Assembly: GCF_011386835.1 (NCBI RefSeq)
Contig: NC_088792.1
Coordinates: 66,216,001 to 66,280,000, forward strand
Source of the DNA: Chrysemys picta bellii
Taxonomy: Eukaryota
Direction of reading: 5' to 3'
Length of the DNA stretch: 64,000 bases
Shown in pieces: positions 50,365-64,000 of this stretch. A program made the translations under genes and the position numbers. How positions within the stretch are numbered: the stretch's first letter is position 1; each line of letters starts with the position of its first letter. The notes under the pieces were generated by a model. It searched no databases. It had not been told where the DNA came from and saw only the letters and a list, made by a program, of their open reading frames with translations.

Positions 50365-51917
50365 ATCGAGCACCTGAGGAACAGTGACTGACTAACGAAT
50401 TCAGATTCACTATTCTCATAAAAGGATGCTAGAGAATGTGACCAGACAAGTGTTATTCAGATCTAATTTCTATATCTAAGAAATTGCTGTAGACCCTCTG
50501 CTTAGTTTATAGCAGGGCATTCCATATATGCAAATGAACAAGTCATGGACACTTTTTATAATCACATTGTCACAGCAACACAGAGGATGTGTTTTTATTG
50601 GGTTAGGAAATCAAATCCCAACCAGAGAAACGCCATGGCTCAACTACCTCCAGGAGTAGCCATGAATACCAGTTAATTTTTAACTAGGAAAGGAAGCTTC
50701 TTGCTAAACACTCACTGCCATTCATCTATTTCTCTGTCTCTCTCTCTGTGTATCTTTCCATCCATCTCTTTTAAAACTTGCATACCATTGTGGCATTCTA
50801 GACAAACAAACAAACAAACAAGCAAACTACTTTTCTCATTTTTTAAAACATTTCCTTTGACGAGACGTTTCTGACTGGGTGGGGGTTATCAACCACAGGT
50901 CCAGAGCCATTTAGCCCTTCACCTCAAGGTTATGGGTGATGTCCAATGCAATACAGAAGTTCAAAGCCAGTAAACAATTCAAAAACAGTATGCACTTTCT
51001 TTTCCTGATTAAGATTAGGACAAGAATTTGAGATTAAAATGCCATTCTCCATACCACAGTCTCATCTAGACATTGTTTTCCCAACTTTTGTTTTTCCCCT
51101 CTTCGAGATCAAGGACAATTTCATACAGCCCAGTTCCACCACTCTCACACATGGAAGACTTTTCGAAGAAAACAATGTTCTCACTCCTTTACACACACGT
51201 CAGCTCATTTTAAAATTCGCTTTAGGGTTATGGTGATAAAATATTCCCAAACATTACTGATACTAAAAATAATTTTAAAATGGTTCGTCCAGACATGTGT
51301 GGTCTGAAATAAACAATATATTTTTAATTCTTAGAACATAATAAGTTATCGTCTTGTGTGTATTTTACAGCTGAGAACAAAGGCGTGATATGTACAGTGA
51401 ATTACTAAAAGCATTATTTTTCCTCTTTTTGATCCATTGAAATTTAGATTTAAATGAGCTTTGGTCTGCATGTTTATTCACCAGTGTGAACATTGTGCTT
51501 TGGAAGATAGTGAAGGATTAGAAAAAATAGGCGAGTAACTTGCACAGTAGATTTTGATTGTAAAATTTAGATTAGATAAAACAATACACAGTAATGTAAC
51601 ACCAGAATAAAAATATAAATTTTCCATTTTTTTATTTCCTTGTGCACTGTTCCATTGTATACATGCAACCAAATATTTTCGCGTATTAAAAGAAAACTGT
51701 ATATACATATAGATGATAGATATTGAAAACAGTGATGTAATACAAAGATATTGCATTTTGTGAACTGTGTAAAAAGAAATTACATCCATTTGGTAAGCTG
51801 ATTGTTCAAAAATAATTATCAACAATTTGTTGCTCATGTAGAGAAAAAAAGGCACCCTCTCACCCCAAAGGAAAAAAATATGTAAAAAATGTATTAAAAC
51901 AAAATAGGTAATGTTTT

Positions 51918-51923
51918 TTTATT
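51918..51923 (-). terminator. HOXA11: AATAAA poly(A) signal, probable HOXA11 3' end
   Basis: TTTATT on +, about 1.4 kb downstream of the stop codon. Confidence 0.55.
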
Positions 51924-53297
51924 TACAAGTCTTGTAAAACACTGTTCCTGTATGAAATATACATTCACGTACTCTCAACAGCAAATTACCTTAACGATAG
52001 AATATCGTATCCTTTGTAAACTGATATAGAATTTTAAATATTTTTTTAAATTGCATTTTTCTCGCTTTGGTTCCTGCAGGACAATATATATATTTTTATA
52101 TATATATATATATATGTATATGTTTAAAATAACTTCAAACAACTATCCATTCTTTGTATATGTCGCCTGAGGGACGAAGTAGAGCTCATGACATTTAAAG
52201 TAGACAACAACATATGAAAACAAAATTACCATATTTACATTGTTCGGCTTCTGAATAAATTCCTTACAAGCAACCTTCTAAAGAAATAGAAGATTAAATT
52301 AGTTTGGTGATTCAAATGTTAGTGCATTGTACAAATCCAAGTTACATTTCAGTGTTGTGTGGTATTTACCAAACTCTCGTTCTCCACAGGTATTTCCTGA
52401 AGAAAGTTTGTGAGCCAGAAGCCAGAAGATTAGTTTTCTATTGATTTTTTTCTTTTAAAACTTTGGAATTCATTTTGCAATCTTTTAAACGTTTAAATGT
52501 GGGATCATGATTAGTTTGTAAAAGGATGGCAAGGTATAGACAGTTGTTATAAATAAATCGAGAGCTAATATGACAACTGCTCAACATTTTATTTTCAGTG
52601 ATTGTTTCTTTACGATATATGGCAAATTTATGCCTGACATATTTTTAAAGTAAATAATCAAGTCTTTCATATCAACCCCCCCCCCCGCACCCAATAAAAC
52701 ACGATTATATCCATCACTTCGTCTGTACTATAACTTTCTTGATTGACCTTGTAAAGGAATATGTATTTATTTTTATTTAAATCAATTAGTCATGGAGCTC
52801 TGCTCTAACAGAGACATTCTCTTCCGAAGGAAAAAAATATTATTTTGCGAAGCTTTGTTTTGCAGTGGTCCTCAGCACGTAAACTCGACCTGTAATTTCC
52901 ACACACACATTCCACAGTAAAACAAGGGAACAAGATCAACAATAGTTAAACACTGAATAGGCAAAGGTTCACTTCCCACTTTTAATTACTGAAACCAGAA
53001 CAGAACGAGCGGAAGTGTCTGTAAAGGTAAGAGGTATGAATTTTGCACTCAGAACAAAGATTGTGGCTGGCCTGTTGGCGCTAGATGCCATGTGGGTCAG
53101 CATCAAATCAATTCCAGTTGATACGTAAATATCAAAAATTAAAAAATTAAAAGTCCAGAGTTGATTTACATGTATGTAAAATCATAGGTCTCATAGTCCC
53201 GTCAGTTACACACCTCCTTCTTAAATGTAACCCTGTGGCTTGACCTTGTCAAGGGAGAAATCTGAATTTAATCTCATTTTGAAAAACGCTATGAGTT

Positions 53298-53530
53298 TTA
53301 AAGCAGTGGATTAGCTGAGTAATATTGTAATCGGTCCCTGTTAATTTTTTTTTCTTTCATTCTTCTGTTTTGAAACCATATTTTTACTTGACGGTCGGTC
53401 AAATTGAGCATTCGGGAAAGCTGGAGGCGTTTCTCTTTGTTTATATAGACACTGAAGAAGAATTCTCTTTCTAATTCTCTAATCTGATATTTGGTGTATG
53501 GACATCTCTTTTTACGGGTACGTTGTCCAC
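53298..53530 (-). CDS. HOXA11: HOXA11 coding exon 2 (homeodomain); not shown in the ORF track
   Basis: Acceptor attccacAG|GTGGACAA at 53530. Translated by hand: [76 protein letters not shown]. Length 233 nt = 2 + 77 codons. Confidence 0.97.
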
Positions 53531-54792
53531 CTGTGGAATGAAAAAAGGCAGAAGTGTTTGAAACTTGGTACTGGGAAAAGCTCAGTCAAGGGGCAAATCT
53601 GTAAAGTGTTTTGCCTACTCCATGGGTATAACGGTTAGGTCCTATTCTACAGGCTAGCTCTTTATCTTATCGAGCTTTCTATGGGGAAAGGGTACAGAAA
53701 ACGCAGAGCCCACATTTCTTCATGTGAAAAAGCAATGATGGCAAACAACGTGTCACTTCGGCAAGGTGGACAGGCATAACACAGAACAAGTATTAGAGTA
53801 CCTGCCTCATTGTTTGTGCCTGCACTTTTCAAAAGCTATATGCGATGCTTGGTACCGTGGTGTGACAGACTAAACAAACAGCTGCACATAGACATTTCTG
53901 TTTTAATCACCTGGTTCACTTCAGCTGACATTATGTTATCAGGGTTAGTAAACACATTTGCAACCCCAATCTTTCTCCAGACCATTACAATTGATTTTTA
54001 TTCTGTCCACAGATACTGGCTTTACATTTCCATGAATGTGTTCCCCCCCCCTTTCTTTTTAATCAGAGGAAATGGCACTGCGTCTAAGGCTGCTATTAAA
54101 TCATTGCATTCTGATTGACTCCGCTGTTTTTTAAAATGCAGGTATATAGTTATAATAGCAATGTCGTCTCTCAATTTGCCACAATAGGCTTAAAGTTCAC
54201 TACATAGAGTAGTTCTGGTGGTTTGGAAGGTTTTCAAGGTTCAAAAGCTCTTTAAATTAAATATTGGTCTTATCCCTTTAAAAAAAAAAAAACCTTCCTT
54301 TTCTGGAACAGGCCACTATAGAGGTATTTTTCAAAGTTGTTTACTTGCTTTGCCTTTTAAAAAACACATATAAAAATCAGACTTTGACAGATTGAATAAC
54401 AATTGTAAGTAACAGACTGTTGGACAGAAGGCAACACGTAATTGCCATAATGCCAAAGTAAAATGGCTTCCTTTAGACAAAAAGGCCAGCTTTGGGTTAA
54501 TTTGTTTCTTTTAATATATTGCTACAGTTCAGGCGGCTACTTTATCTGCTAAACACTATGCTAGTGCAATCGTTAAAATGGTGATGGCTTTGAATTCAGC
54601 CCCTAACTAGACTTCTGGTGCAACACATGGCTTTTATAAAATCACTGGATTACCTTGATATCAAAGGAGTCAGGATCCCTTTTTGGTGACTTTACAGGCA
54701 CAAACGAACGTTATTATATTTTCGAGAGTTTGACCACAGAGCCCTCCTTTATTATTATTTAAAAAAAAAAAAGGAAGGAGAACGATTTTTTT

Positions 54793-54956
54793 NNNNNNNN
54801 NNNNNNNNNNNNNNNNNNNNNNNNNNNNNNNNNNNNNNNNNNNNNNNNNNNNNNNNNNNNNNNNNNNNNNNNNNNNNNNNNNNNNNNNNNNNNNNNNNNN
54901 NNNNNNNNNNNNNNNNNNNNNNNNNNNNNNNNNNNNNNNNNNNNNNNNNNNNNNNN
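54793..54956. other. Assembly gap (164 N) inside the HOXA11 intron
   Basis: N run. Confidence 1.
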
Positions 54957-55006
54957 GATTTCAAACTCCCTTTCATAAAGCGCTTGGGCGCTGCCTTTAT
55001 ACGTAC

Positions 55007-55664
55007 TGGAGCTGCTGGATTTCTCCTCATTGTTGCCGGAAGATGACTCCGGGCTGCTGCTCTCTGTCCTCCTCCGCCTCTCCTTCTCCTCTGCTGCTGC
55101 TGCTGCCGCCGCCTCTCTGCTGCAGCCGCCTTCCGAACTTGAAGTTGCAGTAGCTGTCGGAGGCATTTTCTCGCCATTCTTGTCTCCCGAATAGTCCGCT
55201 GAGGACAGGTTTTCCGTGGTGCCATACGCCGTCTCGAAAAACTGGTCGAAAGCCTGGGGCAGGACCCCGTTCCTCCCCACCGTGCTATAGAAATTGGACG
55301 AGACGTTGGTGGTGGGGTGGTAGACGTTTGCTGTGTTTTTGCCGAACATCTCGCCCATGCTAGCCGTGTTGGTGGCAGGCAGGCAGTCTCTGTGCATGAT
55401 CTCCTCTGCTGAGTAGCAGTGGGGTAGATTGTTCCTGGGGTGCCATTTACTGGAGGGGTCAATGGCATACTCCCTGAAGGTAACTTCTCTCACAGGTTGG
55501 ACCTGGGGTAGGTTGGAAGAGTAGGAGTATGTCATAGGGCGAGAAGACGGGGTCTGGGGCAAAAAAGAAGGGAGGCTGGAGAAATCAGGACCCGAGACGT
55601 AGTAAGTACAACTTGGCAAATACATGTTAGAGGAACAAGGAACACGCTCATCAAAATCCATCAT
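55007..55664 (-). CDS. HOXA11: HOXA11 coding exon 1
   Basis: [43 protein letters not shown]...; donor TCCA|GTACGT at 55007. Length 658 nt = 219 codons + 1. Confidence 0.97.
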
Positions 55665-55668
55665 TAGG

Positions 55669-55704
55669 CTACCTCGGGTTCTCCGCATTAGCTGAGCTTA
55701 ACAT
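55669..55704 (-). other. HOXA11 leader uORF ([11 protein letters not shown])
   Basis: ATG at 55704 with A at -3; TAG ends at 55669, 4 nt before the main ATG. Confidence 0.7.
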
Positions 55705-55808
55705 GATTCTCTAATGCAGCTGCCTCTTTGAAGCAGATCCGTGAAGTAAGAAATTTGGAGACGTAAGCTGACGTGGAAATCTATCCCCATCCTTAGCAGG
55801 GAGGTGCT

Positions 55809-55820
55809 GGTCATGTGACC
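55809..55820. promoter_or_regulatory. HOXA11: E-box (GGTCATGTGACC) in the HOXA11 proximal promoter
   Basis: Near-palindromic E-box about 150 nt upstream of the ATG, with a TGACGT motif at about 55769-55774. Confidence 0.5.
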
Positions 55821-58800
55821 AAATGTTGAAATTGACAAGCTGCAAGTATGGGCCCTTTTTTCTTTGTAGCCATCTCAAGGGAAGCAACAGATCGTCACTT
55901 TGGTATTCTCACCAAAAGCACGTAATCTAAAATATAACTCATGCTTGCCTTGTGTACCCTTAGAGGACAAAAAGACGCATGACACTTTTTCCTACTTATC
56001 AGTTTGACCAATTGCACCAGGTCGCTGTGGAATAGAAAGAATTAGCAATTCCCACATGTTAGGTGAGATCTTTTTTTATTTGTATACAGTATTTGCAAAA
56101 AAACCAAGAGAAATTAAATGATTGTTTTTTCCTGCGATCTGATTTCTAGCATTGAATGCTCCCAAAGCAATCGGTCGGTATATTTTGGTTTGTGCAGAAG
56201 ATAGTCGCCCTGCAGGGTTTTGCTTGGAAGAATGTGCCAGGGTCAAGTCTGTACTGATTTTCATGGTGAATAGATTACATGCTTGCATTCATTTTCACTT
56301 CCGAAGCGCTTAGTGTCTTCCTTTCCTTTTTAACATATTAACCTCAAATACCCTGTCCGATTTTATCCAAGTTTTGCTAGAGATATTTAATAACATTTTA
56401 TTCCCATCATGAAGGTTCTCTTTTTGCTTTTTCTCCAAAGCGTTGCCTTCTTTATTTGCAATGTTAGGAAGTCCTTTAAATTCCAGACCACTGCGTAAAG
56501 AGGGCATCTGATCTCTTTGCCTAAACAGTGCTGCTAAAGACCTGGGAAACCAAAAGATGTTGGGCTATTCCGATTTCACAAATATTCTATGTTTAATTGC
56601 CAGAAGCCTTGTTAAAAATATTTTTATATCCTATTACCCCGTAGAAACAAACTTCCAGAACCCAGATACTTTTATTTTTTCTTCAGACCATCGCTGGACG
56701 TTGAGATCTAGATAGACCTATTTTAAAAACGTAGTGAAGCTTTTACTAGTGTTGCATGAAAGGGATGATGTGGAAAGCGGATTGTACAGGGCAGAGACTA
56801 AAAAGTGTGTCTCTGCCAACAAAAATGCACATCCCATAGAATGATCTTTGCCAAAGAAAACAGAGAAATAAGCCAGCACCTTTTGAGGCATGAACAACCT
56901 TAAGCTGTTGGGAAAAAAAAAACGTTTTTCCTATCGATATCAGAAAAGAAATATTCAGGTTCTGGCTCATTTTAATCAAAACAGTAAAACAGAATTACAC
57001 TAAGGCCACAAACGACTATGGTGAAGTTGGTGTAATTAAGAAATTGGAAATATTTCACCATCTCTGTTCCTTTAGACCTGGGCGAGCAATGGAAGGAAAA
57101 CTAAAAATATTAAAATAACAACATTTTGAATTTTTCTACGTCCACAATGTAGTGAAAGTATTTATATATCAGGGGAAAGTTCTATTGTAAATTTTGGAGA
57201 TCTTCGGTATTTAAATGTCAACATCGATTTGTTTATTTATTGCTTAGCTTATCGTAACTGACTTAATAACAAATCTTATCATGTTGTGCACTGACTAAAT
57301 ATTCCCATTATGTATTTTCGCTAAATTATAGTTAACTATTACATTTGAATTCAAGCTGTAAATATCAACATTATCAAGTAATGACTTTGTAGTGGAGTAA
57401 ACTAATTTATTAGCATTAATGTTTATATGCCTTTTTTATTTTACAAGGGTTACGAATCACAAATCAAATGCTCTGGACATATCCCTTTAATGAACTCTTT
57501 ATTTTGGTGTGCTGCAAGAACTTTTATGCTCCCTCAGTGTTTGTGAGCTGAACTTGAAATTATTAATTAATCTTCAAGCTTGACATATTTGCCAGAAAGT
57601 GGATGGAAGTAAGAGATATGCATGTCATCAAAGTGCTACCTGAAGACTCCATTGTCGTTTGGGGATTGTAAAAATGTTTTTAAGCCGCAGAAGAACTCTG
57701 CAGCATCCATGCTTAGACTTCTTCCTTAATTCTACACTTTTGCCTTTATTTAGTTTCCTCTTTAGGCTTTTTTTTTTAAGACTCTTTTGCTCTCTGAGTA
57801 CAGTTCATCTCCCTCCTCCCTCCCTTTCAATTCTCAATATTAAAATCTATTTCCCCCTTCCAGACAAAAGGAATGTATAAAGGATTTCAGCGACTTTGAG
57901 ATAACAAAGGCGCCACCATTGCAGAGGTTCGCCCCGCCTCTGTGTGATGGCAAACAAATTCTTGCACTTGTATTAGGGCTTTTAAGGCTATAATTGAACA
58001 CGGCGCGTCTAGGAGAACCGAAAACAGTTCTAGACTGACCTGCGGTTTTATAGCACTTTTGGCAGTCAACTTCAGCTTGTGTGAGAACAGACATGACAGA
58101 GCTGACCAACGGTTAATCGGGAGACACCACCTACTTGGAATCGCTGCAGTCCCCTCTTAATTAAATAAATCTCAAACCTTGGGGATAGAACGGGCTGCAG
58201 TTCTGAAAAAAGGTTTGTATGTGGCTATTTCCTGCTCGTATTTACATTCAATTTCTGTCGTACAGTTAAAGGCTCTGACTTGCTGTTTTCATGTATGCCT
58301 ATTTGAAACAAAGGGAAATCATGATGGGATGAAGGCAAGAACGCAATTAATAATGCAAGTCCAGCTAACATTATATTAAAGGACACTGCACAGCCTATGC
58401 GGAATATACATGCTTAGTTTTGATGGTTTGCTATGTATTTTCCCAGAGAAGTAGGGTACTTAGTCTGTTAGAACATGCTTTAACACAAGAGAAAACAAAA
58501 TGCCTCCTGACAAATGATTACATCTGTAGAACAATTAGAAACGATTATTGAAAACATTTAAGGTTGCAGCTAGTGTAAGAATAAGCAGACACCCAAGGCG
58601 GAGTTAGTTCTCTGCTTTATTTGCTGCTAAGTGAAACAGACATAAAGTTCGCTTAAAGCCCCGGAATGTCTGGGTAATTGCAGTAAGACTGCTCTTATGT
58701 TGCTGTTTTAAACACAATTATACTGTTTATTATTTTGTCTAATTTTGAATTGCTCTTTTAATACAGTCATTGGGACTTCCGCGTTTAGAAAGCAAATAGC

Positions 58801-61800
58801 ACCGTGCATTGCCCCTGCTAACCTCAGTGAGAACAGCAAAAACAAAAGAAGGCATTTCATTTTGAGAAGCAAAATGCATTCAGTCCTCTTTTACAACTAT
58901 TTCGTCTGGCTGAGGAAGGGCAATGTGTATAATCATGTTATGTGCTTTGCAACTGCGCTGCATGACATTCTAGATACATTTTACAATGGACGCAAATATC
59001 TCTAATAGGTGAATACACTTTATGAGCAGATTGGGCCATGTCTACCTATACAAAGCGAAGAAAAATTAATCCATACTTTGGAGCGATATAAACAAAGCTA
59101 GGATGTCACGTCCAGAGTTTGTATATATCTGGTGTGCGGAAGGAACTTCTAAAAACAATATAGGGTATCTTTAAAAGGTCAAGTTCTATAATGTGTAAAA
59201 TCTTGCCATTTTGTATTATATTTGTGGGAGTTTTCGTAAAAACAAATCGCACTATAATTTATATTAAATATTAGGGTGAATACCTGTGTTTCACAGTAGA
59301 AGTGTATACTAAGTGTAATTTATATGCAAAACGAGTTAACTAAAATATTACACCTTTATTGATTTTTGAAAATTAGCATATTTTCAATAAGCATGCTTTT
59401 TGATAGAATTTTGATGTCTCCAAAATTATGAACTAATTAATTGTTACAGCATATGGGTATTTATGCTTTTCTTTCTATATACATGCAGTTATTATAGTAG
59501 GGCAATATTAGGAAATACACAACATATTTTGGCCAACGAAAACCTCATAACTTCTTTCTTTCTAATGAAAAATGCCTATAAGGTCGCAACACTTTGAAAA
59601 AAATTGTCTTAAATGTAATTGTTTAAATTTCCTGACGATTGTTTGGATTAAACATTATTTAAGACTTACTAGTTCTCTACTCAGCTATTTTTCTCTTTTC
59701 CTTTTTGACCACTATACTACTGAGCTATACGGTAATAACCAAAATATAGTTTTTCCCCTAAACACATTTCTTTAACATTTTAAGAAAAAAAATGGTAACA
59801 ATATTTTGATAATGGATTTCAAACACTAATACCTCTGCTATTACAGCTAGTAGGGATTTATCAAAAGAGCAAGATGCATTTCCAAAATTATGATATGGAA
59901 TAGTCTCTTTATTATTCAAAACCAGGCACTACGTAATTGTAGTCATATTATGGAGGTGCAAATTTATATATAAAGAGAAAGCAAATGTAAATACAAAATT
60001 GAGTCACAGTTCAACTGAAGTCTTGGTATATTTAACGGCCTTAAATTAATTCTGACGAATAAGCTTTTTAAAACAATTTTACTTACCAAATTGGAGATTG
60101 TACATGATTTTATTAGCATTGAAAATGTTGTATGTTAAAGTTACAATGTTTGGAAAAATGATTTTCCTTTATCGTGGTCTCTTTTAATACTTAAATAAGA
60201 CTTATGACGATATGAATAAAGCTACACGATTTTAGCATTTAACAAGAATATCTCATATTCACTTAGAATGATGCTCGATATCGAATAGCTGTTACTGAAA
60301 GTAAGGCAACATTCCGATAATTGTAACAAATATAAACACAGAGGTGTTTCTCTTTTTAACAAGGAATTTATTCTGCTAAATAGAATAATCTCTTTCAAAT
60401 TTTATTTTCCTGTTCTTTTTAACCAAAATATTAGATATTATTTATAACATACCACAAGCACCGTTTTAAGTGCTGAGTCTTTCTCTCATTATTCTGTTTC
60501 CGAAAACGTGTTTTTCTGGAAAGCGTCGAGACCCAGAGTATACATTTGCCTACAGTGTCATGGTATTTTTGTGTACCATCTGTAAGAGAATCGAGGCAGG
60601 GTCAAAAATAAGGTGGGCATAAGGAGGTGTTATATTGGACGTCTAGGTGTTTCTGAAATTGTTTGACTGTCGATGGTGCCATAAATATCTTCCTTTCTCT
60701 ACTTGATTGTGCAGCTATATTTTTCCAATACATGAAAATATACAATAACTAATTTATTTCCATGTATCCACATACAGGTGCAAGAGACTTCTGACAAATG
60801 TGGGCTGCAGGGGATGGGTGTCTAAACCAGTTGCTCTAAAGTGTCTGCGAAAGCAAAATTCTTCGCTTGTTATCCTTTGATATAGAAAGCCAGACACTTT
60901 TAACTGAGTTCCACCCATATTCATCTCCACAGATGACTAGGATAATTAACGTCACCTGTAGTAAACAGGTTCCAATCACCTTTCATGCAGATGTATTTTA
61001 TGTGGAATTAATCATTAATCTTCAAGAGTTATTTCAAGAAACCTAGTTATAAAACAATAAGACTATACCTCTATCCTTACATAAAATGTACAGACTCGTG
61101 ATCTCCTGGTGCAAAGTCCACAGAGATTTGACCCACAACCATTTGCTTACACAATTGATGCGCCGTCTGGGAACTGCGATGCTGTTTATCTGAACAACAG
61201 AAACAACCCCGCCAGAACATTCCAATGCCCACATATATTTAAAAGTATTGCTACAGGTGATGCCTTGAACTTGACCTTAGGTATGTTAATCAATGAAATA
61301 CATGCTGGGAGAAAAATCTGATTGTATTGCTTCCTACAGAAGGTTATTTTGTTATATTGGAATTCAGGGTTACAACAACGAAGTTCAATTCCTGTGGTAT
61401 ATATAATATGCTCTTAATGTTAAGATTTTAAAGTTATAGGCAATAAAATGTCGCTAAGGCGAGACAAACTCTTTTTATTTTGGTTATTCCTGGGGGCTGA
61501 GATCCGCATTTCACTGCGCATCCTAAAAAAAAAGTCAATCAGCTAAATCCGATTGTGTAATACTCAGTGTTTTCGCTAATGCATGTTGAATTTTAACAGC
61601 GATAGATGAGGGGTTTTAAAAAAATATTTTGTCCACTCACCAAAAAAAAAAAAAAAAAAAAATCAGATTCTACTATGCCACCCTGCTAACTGTATAGGAG
61701 AGCCCTACTCAAGAATTGTGAAACACACCGACCTAAAGACATTTCTTCAAGGATTGTTTCAGGGGGCGGGTACAGGAAGTATCATTATACTAAGCCTGTC

Positions 61801-64000
61801 AAACCAACGACTTCGAACATTAACATATTCTGATGGACTCTAAGAACTATATTATAATAAAGGTAACCTGTACTTATGTAACTTTTAAAATCTTATATTT
61901 GTAAAATACAAGTTGTAGATTGTAAAATGTAACAGCTTTACCACACACGTTTTATATTGTTCTGTAAGGTCTTCTTCCTTTTGTGTACTGTATTTTAGCT
62001 ATGCAAATAAAATACAAGGGTGCTTATACAAATATTTTCCCCACAAATCCTAATATGTCCATCATATTGTCAATTTCCTTTTCCTGGCCCATGTCTAGCA
62101 ATGGTTCAAACATCAATGTAGATATAAATGAAACTATTTAGCAACACAACAATACATTTTATACCATGCACGTATGTAAACTTCTCAAATTCCAACAAAA
62201 CAAGCAGAGCTGAGATGTGGATCTCTAGTCGTTCCCTTTTTCCTGTTTTTCCTGTTTATTCAATGTGCTATTTTTATTTTGTTAAAGCTGTTTATATTTA
62301 GACATATGCCAACCATTAGCTACGGCTGAAAGCAATCCAAGCCTTCTTTGTATTAAGAACTATTCATTTTTATGTCTACCCAGCAGCATCCCGAAGGTTA
62401 AGAACAGACTGGCCTAAAATACTGTGCCTTCCGATTATTTTTAACCGAGGCTGGGTAGAGCGGCGAATTTCTGATATACTAAACAAATCAAACTATGCTT
62501 GGGGAGTTTGATTCAAGGTGATTAAAATTAACTTCGGATTCATTTAAATTTAAATGATTAAAATCCTGTGGAAATTTGTTTTCGGATATTCCACATATGG
62601 CCAAAACAGGCAGGTTAAATAACCATCCTAAGGGAGCATTAAGGAAATTCGTCCATGGATGGCTTTATTCTTGTAGGTTTTTCCCGTCTCCTTAATTCTC
62701 TTGCAAGATTAAATAATAACAAAAAGAGGCAAACAATGAGAAAAAATTACTCGGAAAGAAACTCAACCGATTCTTTTTCAATTACATTTGAGCAAACTCT
62801 TAGAGAAACAGACAAATACAAATCCAATTATCCAGCACCATCACTACATGCACCCTCTAATTTTGGGTTTGACACTCCCAGCACCTTTCATCTTTCTTTA
62901 ATGCTAAAACCCTTTTGTTGTTTCCACCTATGTTGTGCTCCGTAGCATCTTTTGGCAAGTTGAAGCCTTGCCCCCAAGCGACCATCAGAATTAATACTTT
63001 TATAAATGGCTTGGTCGTCACCATTAGCCGCACTCATTCCCCCAAACTTCTGACGCAAAATCTGTACTTCTTTTTATATCATGGGAGAGAGCTAGATTGG
63101 AAGGTTAAGCAGGGGAAGAGGAGGAGGAGTGGGCTGAAAAACCGCCGCAAAGGCCTTCCAAATGACATTGCTTTACAAATCACCGGTCCCACACTGTTTT
63201 GAATTCAACATCAGCAGCAGGGAGAGGGAAACCATTGAGCAAGATCGAGGAAAAACATTTAAATCTTACCCCAGTGTCCGAAATCTTCTTCCCTTGTGCA
63301 AACATCAAAAACCGGAGACTAATAGCTAGGATCCCGCGCCTCGCTTGATGGCACTCCAGACACCCACTCAGTAGTGGCTTTCCTATCCATACAATACACC
63401 TGGTCCACAAAAGTATTTCTTCTAGAACCTAAAGGTTTTTTATCGCACCCAGGCACGCAAAGAAACTGAGCCGCTAAGGTGCATAAGCTTTCTCACAGAC
63501 TTCAGCCTAGCCTACTTGGAAAATGCATCATGCTAAGCATTTCTTTTCTCAGTCCTGCTAAAATTTCCGACTGAAATTCTAATACAATAAGGTAATTGCA
63601 GTAGGCTAACTGCAGTATAATTCCGTGTATTCCCATCGCCCTAGAAGAAAAGTCCAAGAGTTTTTGATCACTGGACACACTGACGTTCCCTCTCCAATAC
63701 ACCGTGGGTCACAGTACAGTAATGACCGTGGATTGTGCGTTGTAGGACTTGACCTTTTACTACGTAGAGGAGGGCGCTTTCTTTCACGCTGCAGGAGGAG
63801 AGGGGGGAAGGGAAGATGCTCTCTTAGGGGATCTTTAATCAGAAATCAGATCTAGGAGCGGCAAAGACCATTGCATTTCAGCACGCCATATTTTCACTGG
63901 GGCGTTTTCGCAGAGCGTTAATGAACATTTGCATTTCGTAGCTGCAGTTAATGAGCCAAATCCCTACAAAGGGGGCAATTAGCAAGGAAAGAATAGGAGG

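Noticed and set aside
55900-64000. HOXA13 or a HOXA11 antisense gene model
   Set aside because: No homeobox in this interval (HOXA13 is expected beyond the window end), and lncRNA exons cannot be supported from sequence alone.
1-64000. tRNA, rRNA, CRISPR arrays, transposase or reverse-transcriptase ORFs
   Set aside because: None recognisable on either strand.

Overview
Part of a vertebrate HoxA cluster, with all genes on the minus strand. The window runs from the upstream enhancer region of HOXA2 through HOXA3, HOXA4, the last ~120 nt of the HOXA5 3'UTR, the HoxA miR-196 hairpin, HOXA10 and HOXA11, and ends before HOXA13. All four complete genes have intact two-exon ORFs with canonical phase-1 GT-AG introns. 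The coding sequences of HOXA5, HOXA6, HOXA7 and HOXA9 are absent. The sequence jumps across a 501-N gap (36358-36858) from the HOXA5 3'UTR tail to DNA 2.8 kb from miR-196, which is most likely an under-sized scaffolding gap, not a real deletion. Protein and miRNA features point to a sauropsid, and short palindromic repeats suggest a turtle (inference). Other contents: three DR5 retinoic acid response elements, a Krox20/BoxA module, the Hox4 intronic HB1 element, CTCF-like motifs, upstream AUGs in three Hox leaders, five degenerate hairpin (MITE-like) elements, a possible decayed miR-10 relic and several microsatellites. Comparisons with human, mouse or chicken are from memory and need alignment to confirm. 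I see no evidence for a wholly new gene system.
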